Part shown: in pieces, positions 19,633-28,278 of the stretch
Layout of the letters: every line of letters begins with the position of its first letter
Position numbering within the stretch: the stretch's first letter is position 1
Origin: Candidatus Dadabacteria bacterium UBA1144
GTDB lineage: Bacteria > Desulfobacterota_D > UBA1144
NCBI GenBank assembly: GCA_905181755.1
Contig: CAJIYY010000022.1
Span: 1-36,233, forward strand
Length of the DNA: 36,233 nucleotides
Direction: 5' to 3'
Notes under the pieces: generated by a model
Told to the model about the DNA's origin: nothing
The model's input: the letters and a program-made list of their open reading frames with translations, nothing else
Database searches by the model: none
Made by a program: the position numbers and the translations under genes

Positions 19633-20535
19633 ATGAGCAAACCAAAAGAAAAGAATATTTTAGAAACATTTACGAATGGAGAGTTTCTCTTCTTGCAAGA
19701 GAGCAAGTCGTTATTATTTCTAGATGGTTCTGATTCATTTAAATTCATCAATAGTATCTCTTCAAATGAGATTACCAATACAAAAGGTAGTCTATCGGTT
19801 AGCACACTAATCCTTACCAATAAAGGTAGACTAATATTTGATGTTGAAATTTACACTAAATCCGATGATTCGATGTTTGTTTTATGCAACCTATCACAGA
19901 AAAACGAGCTGATAGAATATTTAAAAAATTATCGAATGTCATACAAAGTAGAAATTAACGATTACAGCAAGAGCCTTTATCCTTTCAAAGCCATGAATGT
20001 TTTAATTTCAGAAGAATCAAATAATTTTACTTCTCCATTTATTTTGGAGAGCAATTTTATTAATTATTTTATCACTAAAGATAAGATCCCAGAAACCAAA
20101 AAATTTAAAACTGATGAGCTAGACTACAAAAAATGGAAAATCTTATGTGGCTCTCCGAGTTTCCCTAATGAGCTAAATTCTCAATTAATACCAATAGAAG
20201 CTGATATGTGGTCCTCAATATCATTCACCAAAGGGTGCTATATTGGTCAGGAGACCATTGCTAGAATAAAGTATCGAGGAAAAGTAAAAAAGACTCTTGG
20301 TTCATTTAGAATATCTGGCCCAATAAGAGATGAAAGAGAGATATTGAATCTAAAAAATGAAAGAATTGGCTCAATAACCAGCCACTTTTACTGCAAAGAA
20401 AAAAATCTATCATTCGGATTAGGATTTCTAAAGAATGAAGAGAATTTCATCAAGAATAAAATTAAAATTGCTGATTTAGGCGGCGAAGTGAGAAGAAACT
20501 TGCATATGGAAGAAAATCGGAAACTAACACTATAA
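19633..20535 (+). CDS. ygfZ: YgfZ/GcvT-like folate-binding protein (Fe-S cluster repair / tRNA modification associated)
   Basis: KGCYIGQETIARIKYRGKVKK is the hallmark YgfZ motif (K-G-C-Y-x-G-Q-E...Y-R-G). Length is 300 aa. Confidence 0.75.
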   Translation: MSKPKEKNILETFTNGEFLFLQESKSLLFLDGSDSFKFINSISSNEITNTKGSLSVSTLILTNKGRLIFDVEIYTKSDDSMFVLCNLSQKNELIEYLKNYRMSYKVEINDYSKSLYPFKAMNVLISEESNNFTSPFILESNFINYFITKDKIPETKKFKTDELDYKKWKILCGSPSFPNELNSQLIPIEADMWSSISFTKGCYIGQETIARIKYRGKVKKTLGSFRISGPIRDEREILNLKNERIGSITSHFYCKEKNLSFGLGFLKNEENFIKNKIKIADLGGEVRRNLHMEENRKLTL

Positions 20536-20541
20536 TAGATT

Positions 20542-20763
20542 TTAATCTAGAGATGTATTAATTACTAACTTAATCTGGTTATCAAATTCCTCAAGCCCTT
20601 CAATGGGAACCACAATACTTGACCTGCCCCCACTTTGTTCTGTAATTCTCAAGTATTTACCCTTATGATTCTCCTTTATATCAAAGAAGAATCTTTTAGT
20701 TTGAATATCTACTTGAGAACTATACAAATCTTTTGACTGATTATCTTTTTCATTCGCCATCAA
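20542..20763 (-). CDS. Single PUR-repeat (Pur-alpha-like, DUF3276-type) nucleic-acid-binding protein
   Basis: SSQVDIQTKRFFFDIKENHKGKYLRITEQSGGRSSIVVP matches the PUR repeat pattern (I.nKrFy.D.K.N.kG.fl.I.E). Length is 73 aa. Confidence 0.65.
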   Translation of the reverse strand: MMANEKDNQSKDLYSSQVDIQTKRFFFDIKENHKGKYLRITEQSGGRSSIVVPIEGLEEFDNQIKLVINTSLD

Positions 20764-20770
20764 ATAATCA

Positions 20771-21952
20771 CTATACCTTAGGGTTCTCTATAACCATGGC
20801 AATCCCCATTCCGCCACCAACACATAGTGAAACCAAACCTCTTTTTACTTTTCTTCTTTGCATTTCATGAAGAAGCTTTACCACTAAAACTGTTCCTGAG
20901 GCTCCAATAGGATGCCCAAGAGCAACCGCTCCTCCGTTAACATTTAGCTTATCGGCAGGAATTGGAAAATCGCTTAAAACAGCTAATGATTGGACTGCAA
21001 AAGCTTCATTCAATTTAACTAAATCAATATCATCTATTGTTAATCCTGCTTTAGCTAGAGCTTTATTCATTGCTGGAACTGGACCAATTCCCATAACTGA
21101 AGGTTCAACTCCCGCGACTGCGTAAGATATGACTTCACCGATAGGATCCAAACCTAACTCCTTAGCTTTTTCCTCTGAAGATACGACCATGTAAGCTGCT
21201 CCATCATTAATACCTGAAGCATTACCGGCAGTAACTGAGCCTTCAGGAGTAAAAACAGGCTTAAGTCTGCTTAAAGCAGCCATTGAAACTTCTCTTGGAT
21301 GTTCATCTATATCAAAGATACCTTTCTTAAGTTGCACTGGAACAATCTCTTTTTTAAATGTTCCAGCCCTTTGTGCCTTCTTTGCTTTTCCTTGACTTTC
21401 AATCGCAAACTTATCTTGCTCTTCCCTAGATATATTATACTTTTCTGCAAGATTTTCCGCAGTCATACCCATATGATAATTATTGAAGATATCCCACAGT
21501 CCATCATAAACCATTCCATCTAGAACAGTATCCCTAGCTTCTAAGGCCATCCTGTACCCGTATCTTGCTTTTGGCATAATAAATGGTGCCAAGTTCATAT
21601 TCTCTATTCCACCAGCTAAAACGACACCTGCGTCACCCGCCTTAATAGACTGAGCAGCGTTAGCTATTGATTGAACACCAGACGCACAAACTCTATTTAA
21701 GCTATACGCAGGAGTGTCAAAGTCTAAGCCAGCGCCTAATGCAACTTGCCTAGATGGATTTTGTCCCTGACCTGCACCAAGAATGTTTCCTGTTACAACT
21801 TCATCAATCTGAGTTGGGCCTATACCAGTCCTCTTTAGAATTTCCTTAACTACAGTGACTCCTAATTCAACAGCTGTTGTATCTTGAAGAGTTCCTCCAA
21901 ATGTTCCAATCGCCGTTCTTAAAGGCTCACTTAATACTACTTTTGTAGACAT
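20771..21952 (-). CDS. Acetyl-CoA C-acetyltransferase (thiolase II)
   Basis: NRVCASG (active-site Cys), [15 protein letters not shown] and LCVGGGMG are present. Length is 393 aa. Confidence 0.9.
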   Translation of the reverse strand: MSTKVVLSEPLRTAIGTFGGTLQDTTAVELGVTVVKEILKRTGIGPTQIDEVVTGNILGAGQGQNPSRQVALGAGLDFDTPAYSLNRVCASGVQSIANAAQSIKAGDAGVVLAGGIENMNLAPFIMPKARYGYRMALEARDTVLDGMVYDGLWDIFNNYHMGMTAENLAEKYNISREEQDKFAIESQGKAKKAQRAGTFKKEIVPVQLKKGIFDIDEHPREVSMAALSRLKPVFTPEGSVTAGNASGINDGAAYMVVSSEEKAKELGLDPIGEVISYAVAGVEPSVMGIGPVPAMNKALAKAGLTIDDIDLVKLNEAFAVQSLAVLSDFPIPADKLNVNGGAVALGHPIGASGTVLVVKLLHEMQRRKVKRGLVSLCVGGGMGIAMVIENPKV

Positions 21953-22054
21953 TGTTTCTTCCCCCTTTTTATTAACTTTTAATTAGAAATTATAAAAATT
22001 TAATTTTTATTATTGTACCAAAATATAAAGAAATAATAAACTTTTAATTAATTT

Positions 22055-23197
22055 ATGAGTATTATTGACTTCATGAGAGTAAAAAAAGTATGTATAATTT
22101 TTGGCGGTAAATCAGTAGAACATGAAATATCAATAATATCTGCTAATTCAATTCTAAATAATATAAATAAGACAAAATACAAGATCTTCGGAATTTATAT
22201 TACGAAAGACGGTGTTTTCTGTGAAGCAACACCCAGCATAAACAGAAAATCTTCTGAATATAAATTTAAGATTAGCCGTCAAAAGATAGTTCTTCTTTCA
22301 AACCAAAAAAATAAAAACCTCTTAATACTAAAAGGAAGCAAGATTGAAGCAAAAATTAATATAGATGTTTTTTTTCCAATTATTCATGGAACTGGTGGCG
22401 AAGATGGTTCAATCCAAGGGCTATTAGAATTAGTAAATAAACCATATGTTGGTTGTGGGGTGGAAAGTTCTTCTATATGTATGAATAAGATTTTATCAAA
22501 GAAATTAGTCTCTCAACAGTCTATTCCGACAACAGCGTTCCACAGTTTCGGTAAAGAAGAATGGAGAACTAGCGAATCAAGCCTCATTAGAAAAATCTTA
22601 GAAGATATAGGTCTCCCATGCTTTGTGAAGGCATCAAATTTAGGATCAAGTGTTGGAATATACAGAGTAGCCACAACTAAAGAACTAAAAAGTAGGATTA
22701 AAGATGGCTTCAAGTTTGCCAATGAGCTACTAGTAGAAGAGGCGGTGCTTCAACCTGAAGAAGTTGAGGTCAGCATCCTTGAGAAAAATAATATTATTAC
22801 CACCGTACCAGGAAGAATAATTCCCTCTGATGAGTTTTATAGCTATAAGGCAAAATATATAGACGGAAAATCAGAGATCGAAATACCATATCAAAGAGCC
22901 TCGTCTAACCCCGCCCTAATGAAGAGAATCAAAATCCTATCAAGTAAGGTGTTTACTGTTCTTCAATGTTCTGGGATGGCACGAATAGATTTCCTATATG
23001 GAAGGACGACCAGAAAGAAGAAGCCAGCCCTATACTTTAGCGAAATCAATACAATTCCTGGTTTCACAGAAATTAGCATGTTTCCTAAACTTTTAAACAA
23101 TGAAGGAATAACACTTGAAGCAACAATAGAGGCGCTCATAAAGAATTCAGAGTCTAAACAGAGGAAGAAGGAGAAATTAGTAACTGACTTTCTTTAG
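22055..23197 (+). CDS. ddl: D-alanine--D-alanine ligase
   Basis: IFGGKSVEHEISIISA, FPIIHGTGGEDGSIQGLLEL, the ATP-grasp segment PCFVKASNLGSSVGI, and EINTIPGFT are present. Confidence 0.85.
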   Translation: MSIIDFMRVKKVCIIFGGKSVEHEISIISANSILNNINKTKYKIFGIYITKDGVFCEATPSINRKSSEYKFKISRQKIVLLSNQKNKNLLILKGSKIEAKINIDVFFPIIHGTGGEDGSIQGLLELVNKPYVGCGVESSSICMNKILSKKLVSQQSIPTTAFHSFGKEEWRTSESSLIRKILEDIGLPCFVKASNLGSSVGIYRVATTKELKSRIKDGFKFANELLVEEAVLQPEEVEVSILEKNNIITTVPGRIIPSDEFYSYKAKYIDGKSEIEIPYQRASSNPALMKRIKILSSKVFTVLQCSGMARIDFLYGRTTRKKKPALYFSEINTIPGFTEISMFPKLLNNEGITLEATIEALIKNSESKQRKKEKLVTDFL

Positions 23198-24105
23198 TTT
23201 ACATTTTCCTTTCTAAAAACAAGAAGGAAGACGACTCCAAGTACAATCAAACCTCCACCCACCAATTTCAAAAAGCTAGGCATTGTGTCAAAGAATATAA
23301 AAGTCAATAAAACTACGAATACAGCCTCCAGAGGAGTAACGGCAGTTGTTCTAGAAACATCTACTAATTTAATAGCTTGGAATTGAAGAGCTTTCCCAAT
23401 ATAGGCGCCACAAGTTCCTCCAATTAACATATAAAGCAAATCAATATTAGAGGGGAGCTGAAACCTCCCACTTATAAGTAAGTAGGATATTCCAATAACT
23501 GAGACTCCTAGTGCTCTTAGGGTTGCGACCATCATCATATTTAAGCTTGACCCTTTTCTTCTAACTATAACGAACAGGCACGAGTAGCAAAATGCCGCTA
23601 AAATAGCAAAGAATGCTCCTTTTAATTCAAATATCGGAGTATCATAAGTTATAACAAGGCCACCAATTATCGTAAGAGCGATTCCAAAGAATTCTAATTT
23701 CCTTAATCTTTCATTTAAAAAAAATGCTCCAAGAATTACCGAGAAGACGACTTGGAACTTCATTAAAAAAGAAGTCACAGGTGGTCCAGCCGACCTCAGT
23801 GCGATTATCCAAAAAGCAACTCCGAAAACAGTAACAATTGAAGATATAATCATTACATCTTTATATTGCCCAAGATCGTCAATATTCACCCGAAATTTAG
23901 TTCCAAACAAACCGAATAAAGTCCTCTTAAGAATTGCGAACAAGAACGCTCCAAAAAACCAATAGAAGGCCACTGTTTCTGGATAAAGATCTTCGGAAAC
24001 TTTCTTTCCAAATATGTATGAGAAAGCTGTAAAAAAAGCAGTCCCTGTCACCAGCAAGTAGCCAAAAAGTACATCTGACTTCTTTTTCTTTAAATTATTC
24101 TGCAA
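23194..24105 (-). CDS. DMT-superfamily (EamA-like) transporter
   Basis: About 10 TM segments arranged as two EamA-like halves. Length is 303 aa. The start codon could be an internal one. Confidence 0.75.
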   Translation of the reverse strand: MQNNLKKKKSDVLFGYLLVTGTAFFTAFSYIFGKKVSEDLYPETVAFYWFFGAFLFAILKRTLFGLFGTKFRVNIDDLGQYKDVMIISSIVTVFGVAFWIIALRSAGPPVTSFLMKFQVVFSVILGAFFLNERLRKLEFFGIALTIIGGLVITYDTPIFELKGAFFAILAAFCYSCLFVIVRRKGSSLNMMMVATLRALGVSVIGISYLLISGRFQLPSNIDLLYMLIGGTCGAYIGKALQFQAIKLVDVSRTTAVTPLEAVFVVLLTFIFFDTMPSFLKLVGGGLIVLGVVFLLVFRKENVN

Positions 24106-24163
24106 AATACTATTTTCCTTTGGTTTTTAAACTTTCCGACTAATTCAACTTAAACTTAAAGAA

Positions 24164-24562
24164 TTAATTTGATTTTTTAACCGCAATACCTAATTTCTTA
24201 AACCCAGAACGCTTAATTAAATCCATAATCTGAACAACAAATCCATGACCAATCGCCTCGTCTGCCTTTACAATAACCACCTGATCTTTTGATTCATCAG
24301 CAAGATAGGTTCCAATTTGATCTAAGAACAAGCTTTTATCATTAATAAAAATCTTATTTCCTTTTTCAATACTAACAATAATCTGTTTTTCTGTTACTAT
24401 CTCGGAACTTTTTGCTTTTGGTAGCTTAATATTAATACTTGATGTAACTTGTGAGAAGTTCAGCGAAAGAGCAAAGAAAATTAAAAGATTAAATACCACA
24501 TCCACAATAGGAGTTAGGTCCATTAAAGAATCGTCAACATTGATTTCCTTACTAAAGTTCAT
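24164..24562 (-). CDS. Biopolymer transport protein ExbD/TolR
   Basis: 132 aa with a single N-terminal TM (LTPIVDVVFNLLIFF) and a periplasmic domain (VIVKADEAIGHGFVVQIMD). It overlaps exbB by 4 nt. Confidence 0.8.
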   Translation of the reverse strand: MNFSKEINVDDSLMDLTPIVDVVFNLLIFFALSLNFSQVTSSINIKLPKAKSSEIVTEKQIIVSIEKGNKIFINDKSLFLDQIGTYLADESKDQVVIVKADEAIGHGFVVQIMDLIKRSGFKKLGIAVKKSN

Positions 24563-25188
24563 TTCTCTTCCGAAGTTTTTTCCAATTCATAAATTAAACG
24601 AGTAGATTCATCTTGCAAGATGTTTGATATCTCACTAATTCTATTGTTAATCATTTTATATCCAACGAATGTCGGAATCGCCACTATCAGACCAAAAGCT
24701 GTTGTATAGAGAGCCTCAGAGATACCTCCAGCAAGGCTCGGGGGGTCTACAACAGTCTGGGTTGAGATAACTTGAAACACCGTTATCATCCCAGAAATAG
24801 TTCCCAACAAACCTAGCAAGGTACTTATATTACTTAAGGATCCTAGGAGCTCATTAGACCGAGATAAAAGAAAAACCTGCCTTGCTCCTTCGTCCTCAAC
24901 TATCTTCTCTAAATCTTTCTTTGACTTATCTTTATGAAGCAAAATTAGATGAGCGATCTTTCCAAATACTGAACTATCTTCAACAGAAAGAGAAATAGCT
25001 TCACTCAGCTTCCCTTTAGATATGCAGGCATACAATTTTCTCAAAAAACCTTGAGGTAATATATTTTTTTCTCTAGTTAAAAAAAACTTTTTTAAAAAAA
25101 TTGACAAAGCAACGACCGAGCAAGCTAAGATGGGGTAGACAAAAAATCCCCCTTTTGAAACAATAGAAACAATGAAAGATTCATTCAT
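24559..25188 (-). CDS. MotA/TolQ/ExbB proton-channel protein
   Basis: 209 aa. The C-terminal channel region LGLLGTISGMITVF....GGISEALYTTAFGLIVAIP is typical of ExbB/TolQ. Confidence 0.8.
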   Translation of the reverse strand: MNESFIVSIVSKGGFFVYPILACSVVALSIFLKKFFLTREKNILPQGFLRKLYACISKGKLSEAISLSVEDSSVFGKIAHLILLHKDKSKKDLEKIVEDEGARQVFLLSRSNELLGSLSNISTLLGLLGTISGMITVFQVISTQTVVDPPSLAGGISEALYTTAFGLIVAIPTFVGYKMINNRISEISNILQDESTRLIYELEKTSEEK

Positions 25189-26434
25189 CCTGTAGTATTA
25201 CCTCGTTTTGAAAAAGCTGGACTATTAATTCTTTTTTTCTAATCAAACTAGACTTAGTACCTGAGACTAGAACTTCTGGAACCCTAGGTCTTGAATTATA
25301 ATTGGATGACATAACTGAGCCATATGCTCCAGCTGAATGAATTACAAGATTCTCGCCCAAATTTACTTCATTTAGATTAACATCATGCGCAATTACATCA
25401 CCGGTCTCGCAAATAGGTCCAACTATGTCGTATGACTCCATACTTCCTGAGGATTTTACAGATCGAGAAACTTTGTGAAATGCTCCATAAAGCGATGGTC
25501 TAAGAAGATCATTCATCCCTGCATCAACAATCAAAAAATTCTTTTCATTACTTGTTTTTTTATAAAGAGCTTTTGTAACTAAAAAGCCGGCATTCCCAAC
25601 AAGTGACCTACCAGGTTCCAATACCAGATTGCAGTCAATCTTTCTCATTATCTTAATAATTCTAGAAGCAAACTCCTGCTTTGTAGGGGGAGTGTCGCTG
25701 TCTTTATATTTTATTCCAAGACCTCCACCTATATCTACAAACTCAATATTAATCTTCAAATCTTTAAGTTGATAAAAAAGATTCTCTAATCTTTCCAAAG
25801 AATCTTCAAATGGTTTTAGATCAAAGATTTGAGACCCTATATGAGCATCAATTCCAACAACTTCAATATTTTTCATTCTTGAAGCCTCTACGTAAGCCTC
25901 AAATGAATCCTCAATTGCTATACCAAACTTACTAGTCTTTAGACCGGTGGAGATATAAGGGTGCGTCTTGGGGTCAATATCTGGATTAACTCGAATTGAT
26001 ATTCGCGCTCTAACTCCAAGTTGTCCAGAGACCCTATCAATTGCTCTTAATTCGTCGAAAGATTCTACATTAAAAAATAGAATCCCAAACTCCAAAGCCT
26101 TAATTATCTCGTTGTCTGATTTAGCTACGCCTGAGAAGACTACCTTCTTTGGATCAGCACCAACCTTCTTAATTCTTTCCAGTTCCCCTTCCGAAACTAT
26201 ATCAAAGCCAGACCCAAGAGAATTAAAAATATTTAATACTGACAAATTAGAATTAGCTTTTACTGAATAGCAAATTGTTGTTTTGGGATAACTCTCAAAG
26301 GCTTTTTCATACTCTAGAAATTCATTAATTAACATTTCTTTACTATAGACATAACAAGGTGTGCCAAATTCATTAGCTAAAGATTCAAAAGTAACATTTT
26401 CAATGGATAGATTATCCCCAATCATTTTTAACAT
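25181..26434 (-). CDS. lysA: Diaminopimelate decarboxylase
   Basis: GTPCYVYS, YSVKANSN (PLP Lys), DIGGGLG, EPGRSLVG, GPICETGD and the YNSRPR tail are present. Length is 417 aa. Confidence 0.9.
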   Translation of the reverse strand: MLKMIGDNLSIENVTFESLANEFGTPCYVYSKEMLINEFLEYEKAFESYPKTTICYSVKANSNLSVLNIFNSLGSGFDIVSEGELERIKKVGADPKKVVFSGVAKSDNEIIKALEFGILFFNVESFDELRAIDRVSGQLGVRARISIRVNPDIDPKTHPYISTGLKTSKFGIAIEDSFEAYVEASRMKNIEVVGIDAHIGSQIFDLKPFEDSLERLENLFYQLKDLKINIEFVDIGGGLGIKYKDSDTPPTKQEFASRIIKIMRKIDCNLVLEPGRSLVGNAGFLVTKALYKKTSNEKNFLIVDAGMNDLLRPSLYGAFHKVSRSVKSSGSMESYDIVGPICETGDVIAHDVNLNEVNLGENLVIHSAGAYGSVMSSNYNSRPRVPEVLVSGTKSSLIRKKELIVQLFQNEVILQDE

Positions 26435-26487
26435 TTAAATTATTATATACACAAGGTATGATTTTGATAAGGAGATTCAACTTTAAA

Positions 26488-26775
26488 ATGAATAAATCAC
26501 ACAAAGTTACCTTTATCAAAACTGGCGAATCTATTGATATAGTCGAAGGAGATTCAATAGTAACAAGTTCAAACAAACAAGGATTAGACCTTCCATATAG
26601 CTGTATGCAAGGAATGTGCACTACATGTGTTGCTAAGATTAGAAAAGGAGATTTCAAATATATAGAAGAACCCGACCCTGATACGCTTAGCAAACAAGAA
26701 ATAGCCGAAAAATCAGTATTGCTATGTATAGCTACACCTTTAACGGACCTTTTAGTTGAATTAAATGAGGAATAA
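26488..26775 (+). CDS. Plant-type [2Fe-2S] ferredoxin
   Basis: The cluster ligand pattern C-x4-C-x2-C...C is visible (YSCMQGMCTTCVAKI ... VLLCIA). I prefer the start at 26488 (MNKSHKVTF, AAGGAG upstream); the track ORF begins at 26458. Confidence 0.8.
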   Translation: MNKSHKVTFIKTGESIDIVEGDSIVTSSNKQGLDLPYSCMQGMCTTCVAKIRKGDFKYIEEPDPDTLSKQEIAEKSVLLCIATPLTDLLVELNEE

Positions 26776-26785
26776 TATTTACTTG

Positions 26786-26814
26786 TTGAATTTAAAATTT
26801 GGATTTGCTACAAT
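26786..26814 (+). promoter_or_regulatory. Putative sigma70-type promoter for the 66-aa ORF
   Basis: TTGAAT (26786-26791), a 17-nt spacer, then TGc-TACAAT (extended -10; hexamer 26809-26814). It lies 28 nt upstream of the ATG at 26842. Confidence 0.4.
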
Positions 26815-26841
26815 TGAGTATATCACCAATGGAGGTGCAAA

Positions 26842-27042
26842 ATGCCAGATAAACAAAATTCACCAATGAGAAATTGGGCTAGACAAGTAAATATAGATAC
26901 TGCAGTTTCAGCTCATGACCCTCAAAAAGCACGTGGATATGCAGGACATGTCCCTGGATTTCAAAACTGGGGTCGCTTAGTGGGTACAGACCTTGGAAGA
27001 CCTGAAAATCAGTCAAAATATAGAAGAGCTCCGAACCAATAA
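26842..27042 (+). CDS. Small hydrophilic basic protein (66 aa), function unknown
   Basis: A strong SD (GGAGGT) sits 6 nt upstream of the ATG, with its own promoter-like element and a downstream hairpin. No TM segment, no Cys, rich in Gly/Pro/Arg/Asn/Gln. Confidence 0.5.
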   Translation: MPDKQNSPMRNWARQVNIDTAVSAHDPQKARGYAGHVPGFQNWGRLVGTDLGRPENQSKYRRAPNQ

Positions 27043-27054
27043 GACTTACTATCA

Positions 27055-27097
27055 AAAATGGCCAGAGATTTTAACTATTAGATTTGCTGGCCATTTT
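27055..27097 (+). terminator. Putative intrinsic terminator hairpin
   Basis: AAAATGGCCAG (27055-27065) is perfectly complementary to CTGGCCATTTT (27087-27097): a GC core flanked by an A-run and a T-run. The loop is long (21 nt), which lowers confidence. Confidence 0.45.
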
Positions 27098-27138
27098 GAA
27101 ATTTCTTTTATATAAACTATTATCGTATACTTTCATTC

Positions 27139-27558
27139 ATGTTCCCTAAGGCTCTATATTTCGTCGCTAGCTCTTTATTAGGCCTATATTTTGTCTACCT
27201 TTTCTACAGTAATGCTTTTTATCCTTTTGAATCAGTAGATCTGACTTATTACATCGATAATATTAATTTTTATCTTTCAAAGAACACTCTAAACACATAC
27301 TTTGTTCTCTTCTTATTTGGCCTACTTTTTTCTACTATATATCATCAGCTATCCAGAGTAATTCAAACTGGAAAAATCCTTAGAAGTCTAATTGTAACTT
27401 TAATAGTATTCTTGCTCTATATAGGCATTCTTGTATTACTGCTTGGCACAAGCAGGTTAGACTATATGAAGATATATCTGCTACAAGATATGCTAGCATT
27501 ACTTATCTTTTATTTAACCATATCTATAATGTACAGGAGGAATAAAATTGGAGATTAA
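27139..27558 (+). CDS. Hypothetical small membrane protein (139 aa, about 4 TM segments)
   Basis: Hydrophobic segments are visible throughout. It overlaps the glutaredoxin start by 11 nt. Confidence 0.5.
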   Translation: MFPKALYFVASSLLGLYFVYLFYSNAFYPFESVDLTYYIDNINFYLSKNTLNTYFVLFLFGLLFSTIYHQLSRVIQTGKILRSLIVTLIVFLLYIGILVLLLGTSRLDYMKIYLLQDMLALLIFYLTISIMYRRNKIGD

Positions 27559-27784
27559 AATCTATTCAACAACTTCTTGCCCATTCTGTGTTGCAGCAAA
27601 GAATCTTTTATCGGGCAAAGATTTGGAATACATAGAGATTGACTTAACTTCTGATTTAGAGCTCAGGCTTGAAATGTCAACTAAATATAACTGTAGGACT
27701 GTTCCTATGATTGTTATTAATGGTGAGTTCATAGGAGGATTTGATGAATTGAATAAGTTAAATGCGGAAGGCAAGCTACCTTAA
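27548..27784 (+). CDS. Glutaredoxin (GrxC-like)
   Basis: IYSTTSCPFCVAAKNLL carries the CPFC active site; TVPMIVINGEFIGGFDEL is also present. TTG start with AGGAGG 8 nt upstream. Length is 78 aa. Confidence 0.85.
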   Translation: MEIKIYSTTSCPFCVAAKNLLSGKDLEYIEIDLTSDLELRLEMSTKYNCRTVPMIVINGEFIGGFDELNKLNAEGKLP

Positions 27785-28278
27785 AGCTTCCGATTAATTT
27801 CTGCACAAGCAATTCTTCTTCCACCCTCAGAACTTTCATGAATAATAATAGAAGAGCCATTTGAGTCTAGAATCGTGAGTTCAGAACTTGGATTTAAATA
27901 AATATCTTTTAGGAAAATTATTTGCCCAAACTTCTTTAGTTTGCCTGTGTACTTGCTAACCTCATTCTTTACATAAATAGGCTTAAAGTCACCATAGAAA
28001 GTTCCATCTGTCTTCATTCCATGATGTCCGGATGAACTTGTAAATTCTGGGGGATTGCACTTTCCTACTTGATGGATATGCATAGCATAAAAACCCGGTT
28101 TTAATGTTTCAAGATGAATCCTAAAATTAGAACCCTTTCCTTGTTCAACTACCTCAACGCTTCCAATTTTAAGATTATTTGAGTTTATAAAGGTTCCTTC
28201 AGCTTGATATACTAGATTAGTACTATCGCAAGAAGTAAAACTAAGAATCATAATTAAAAACAAAATCTTACTGACCAA
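27781..28278 (-). CDS. sodC: Cu/Zn superoxide dismutase family protein, probable lipoprotein
   Basis: AMHIHQVGKC, SSGHHG, GDF and IIIHESSEGGRRIACAEI are present. My proposed TTG start at 28278 (GGAG upstream) gives (M)VSKILFLIMILSFTSC with a lipobox-like Cys. The track ORF extends to 28362, inside trhO. Confidence 0.75.
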   Translation of the reverse strand: MVSKILFLIMILSFTSCDSTNLVYQAEGTFINSNNLKIGSVEVVEQGKGSNFRIHLETLKPGFYAMHIHQVGKCNPPEFTSSSGHHGMKTDGTFYGDFKPIYVKNEVSKYTGKLKKFGQIIFLKDIYLNPSSELTILDSNGSSIIIHESSEGGRRIACAEINRKL

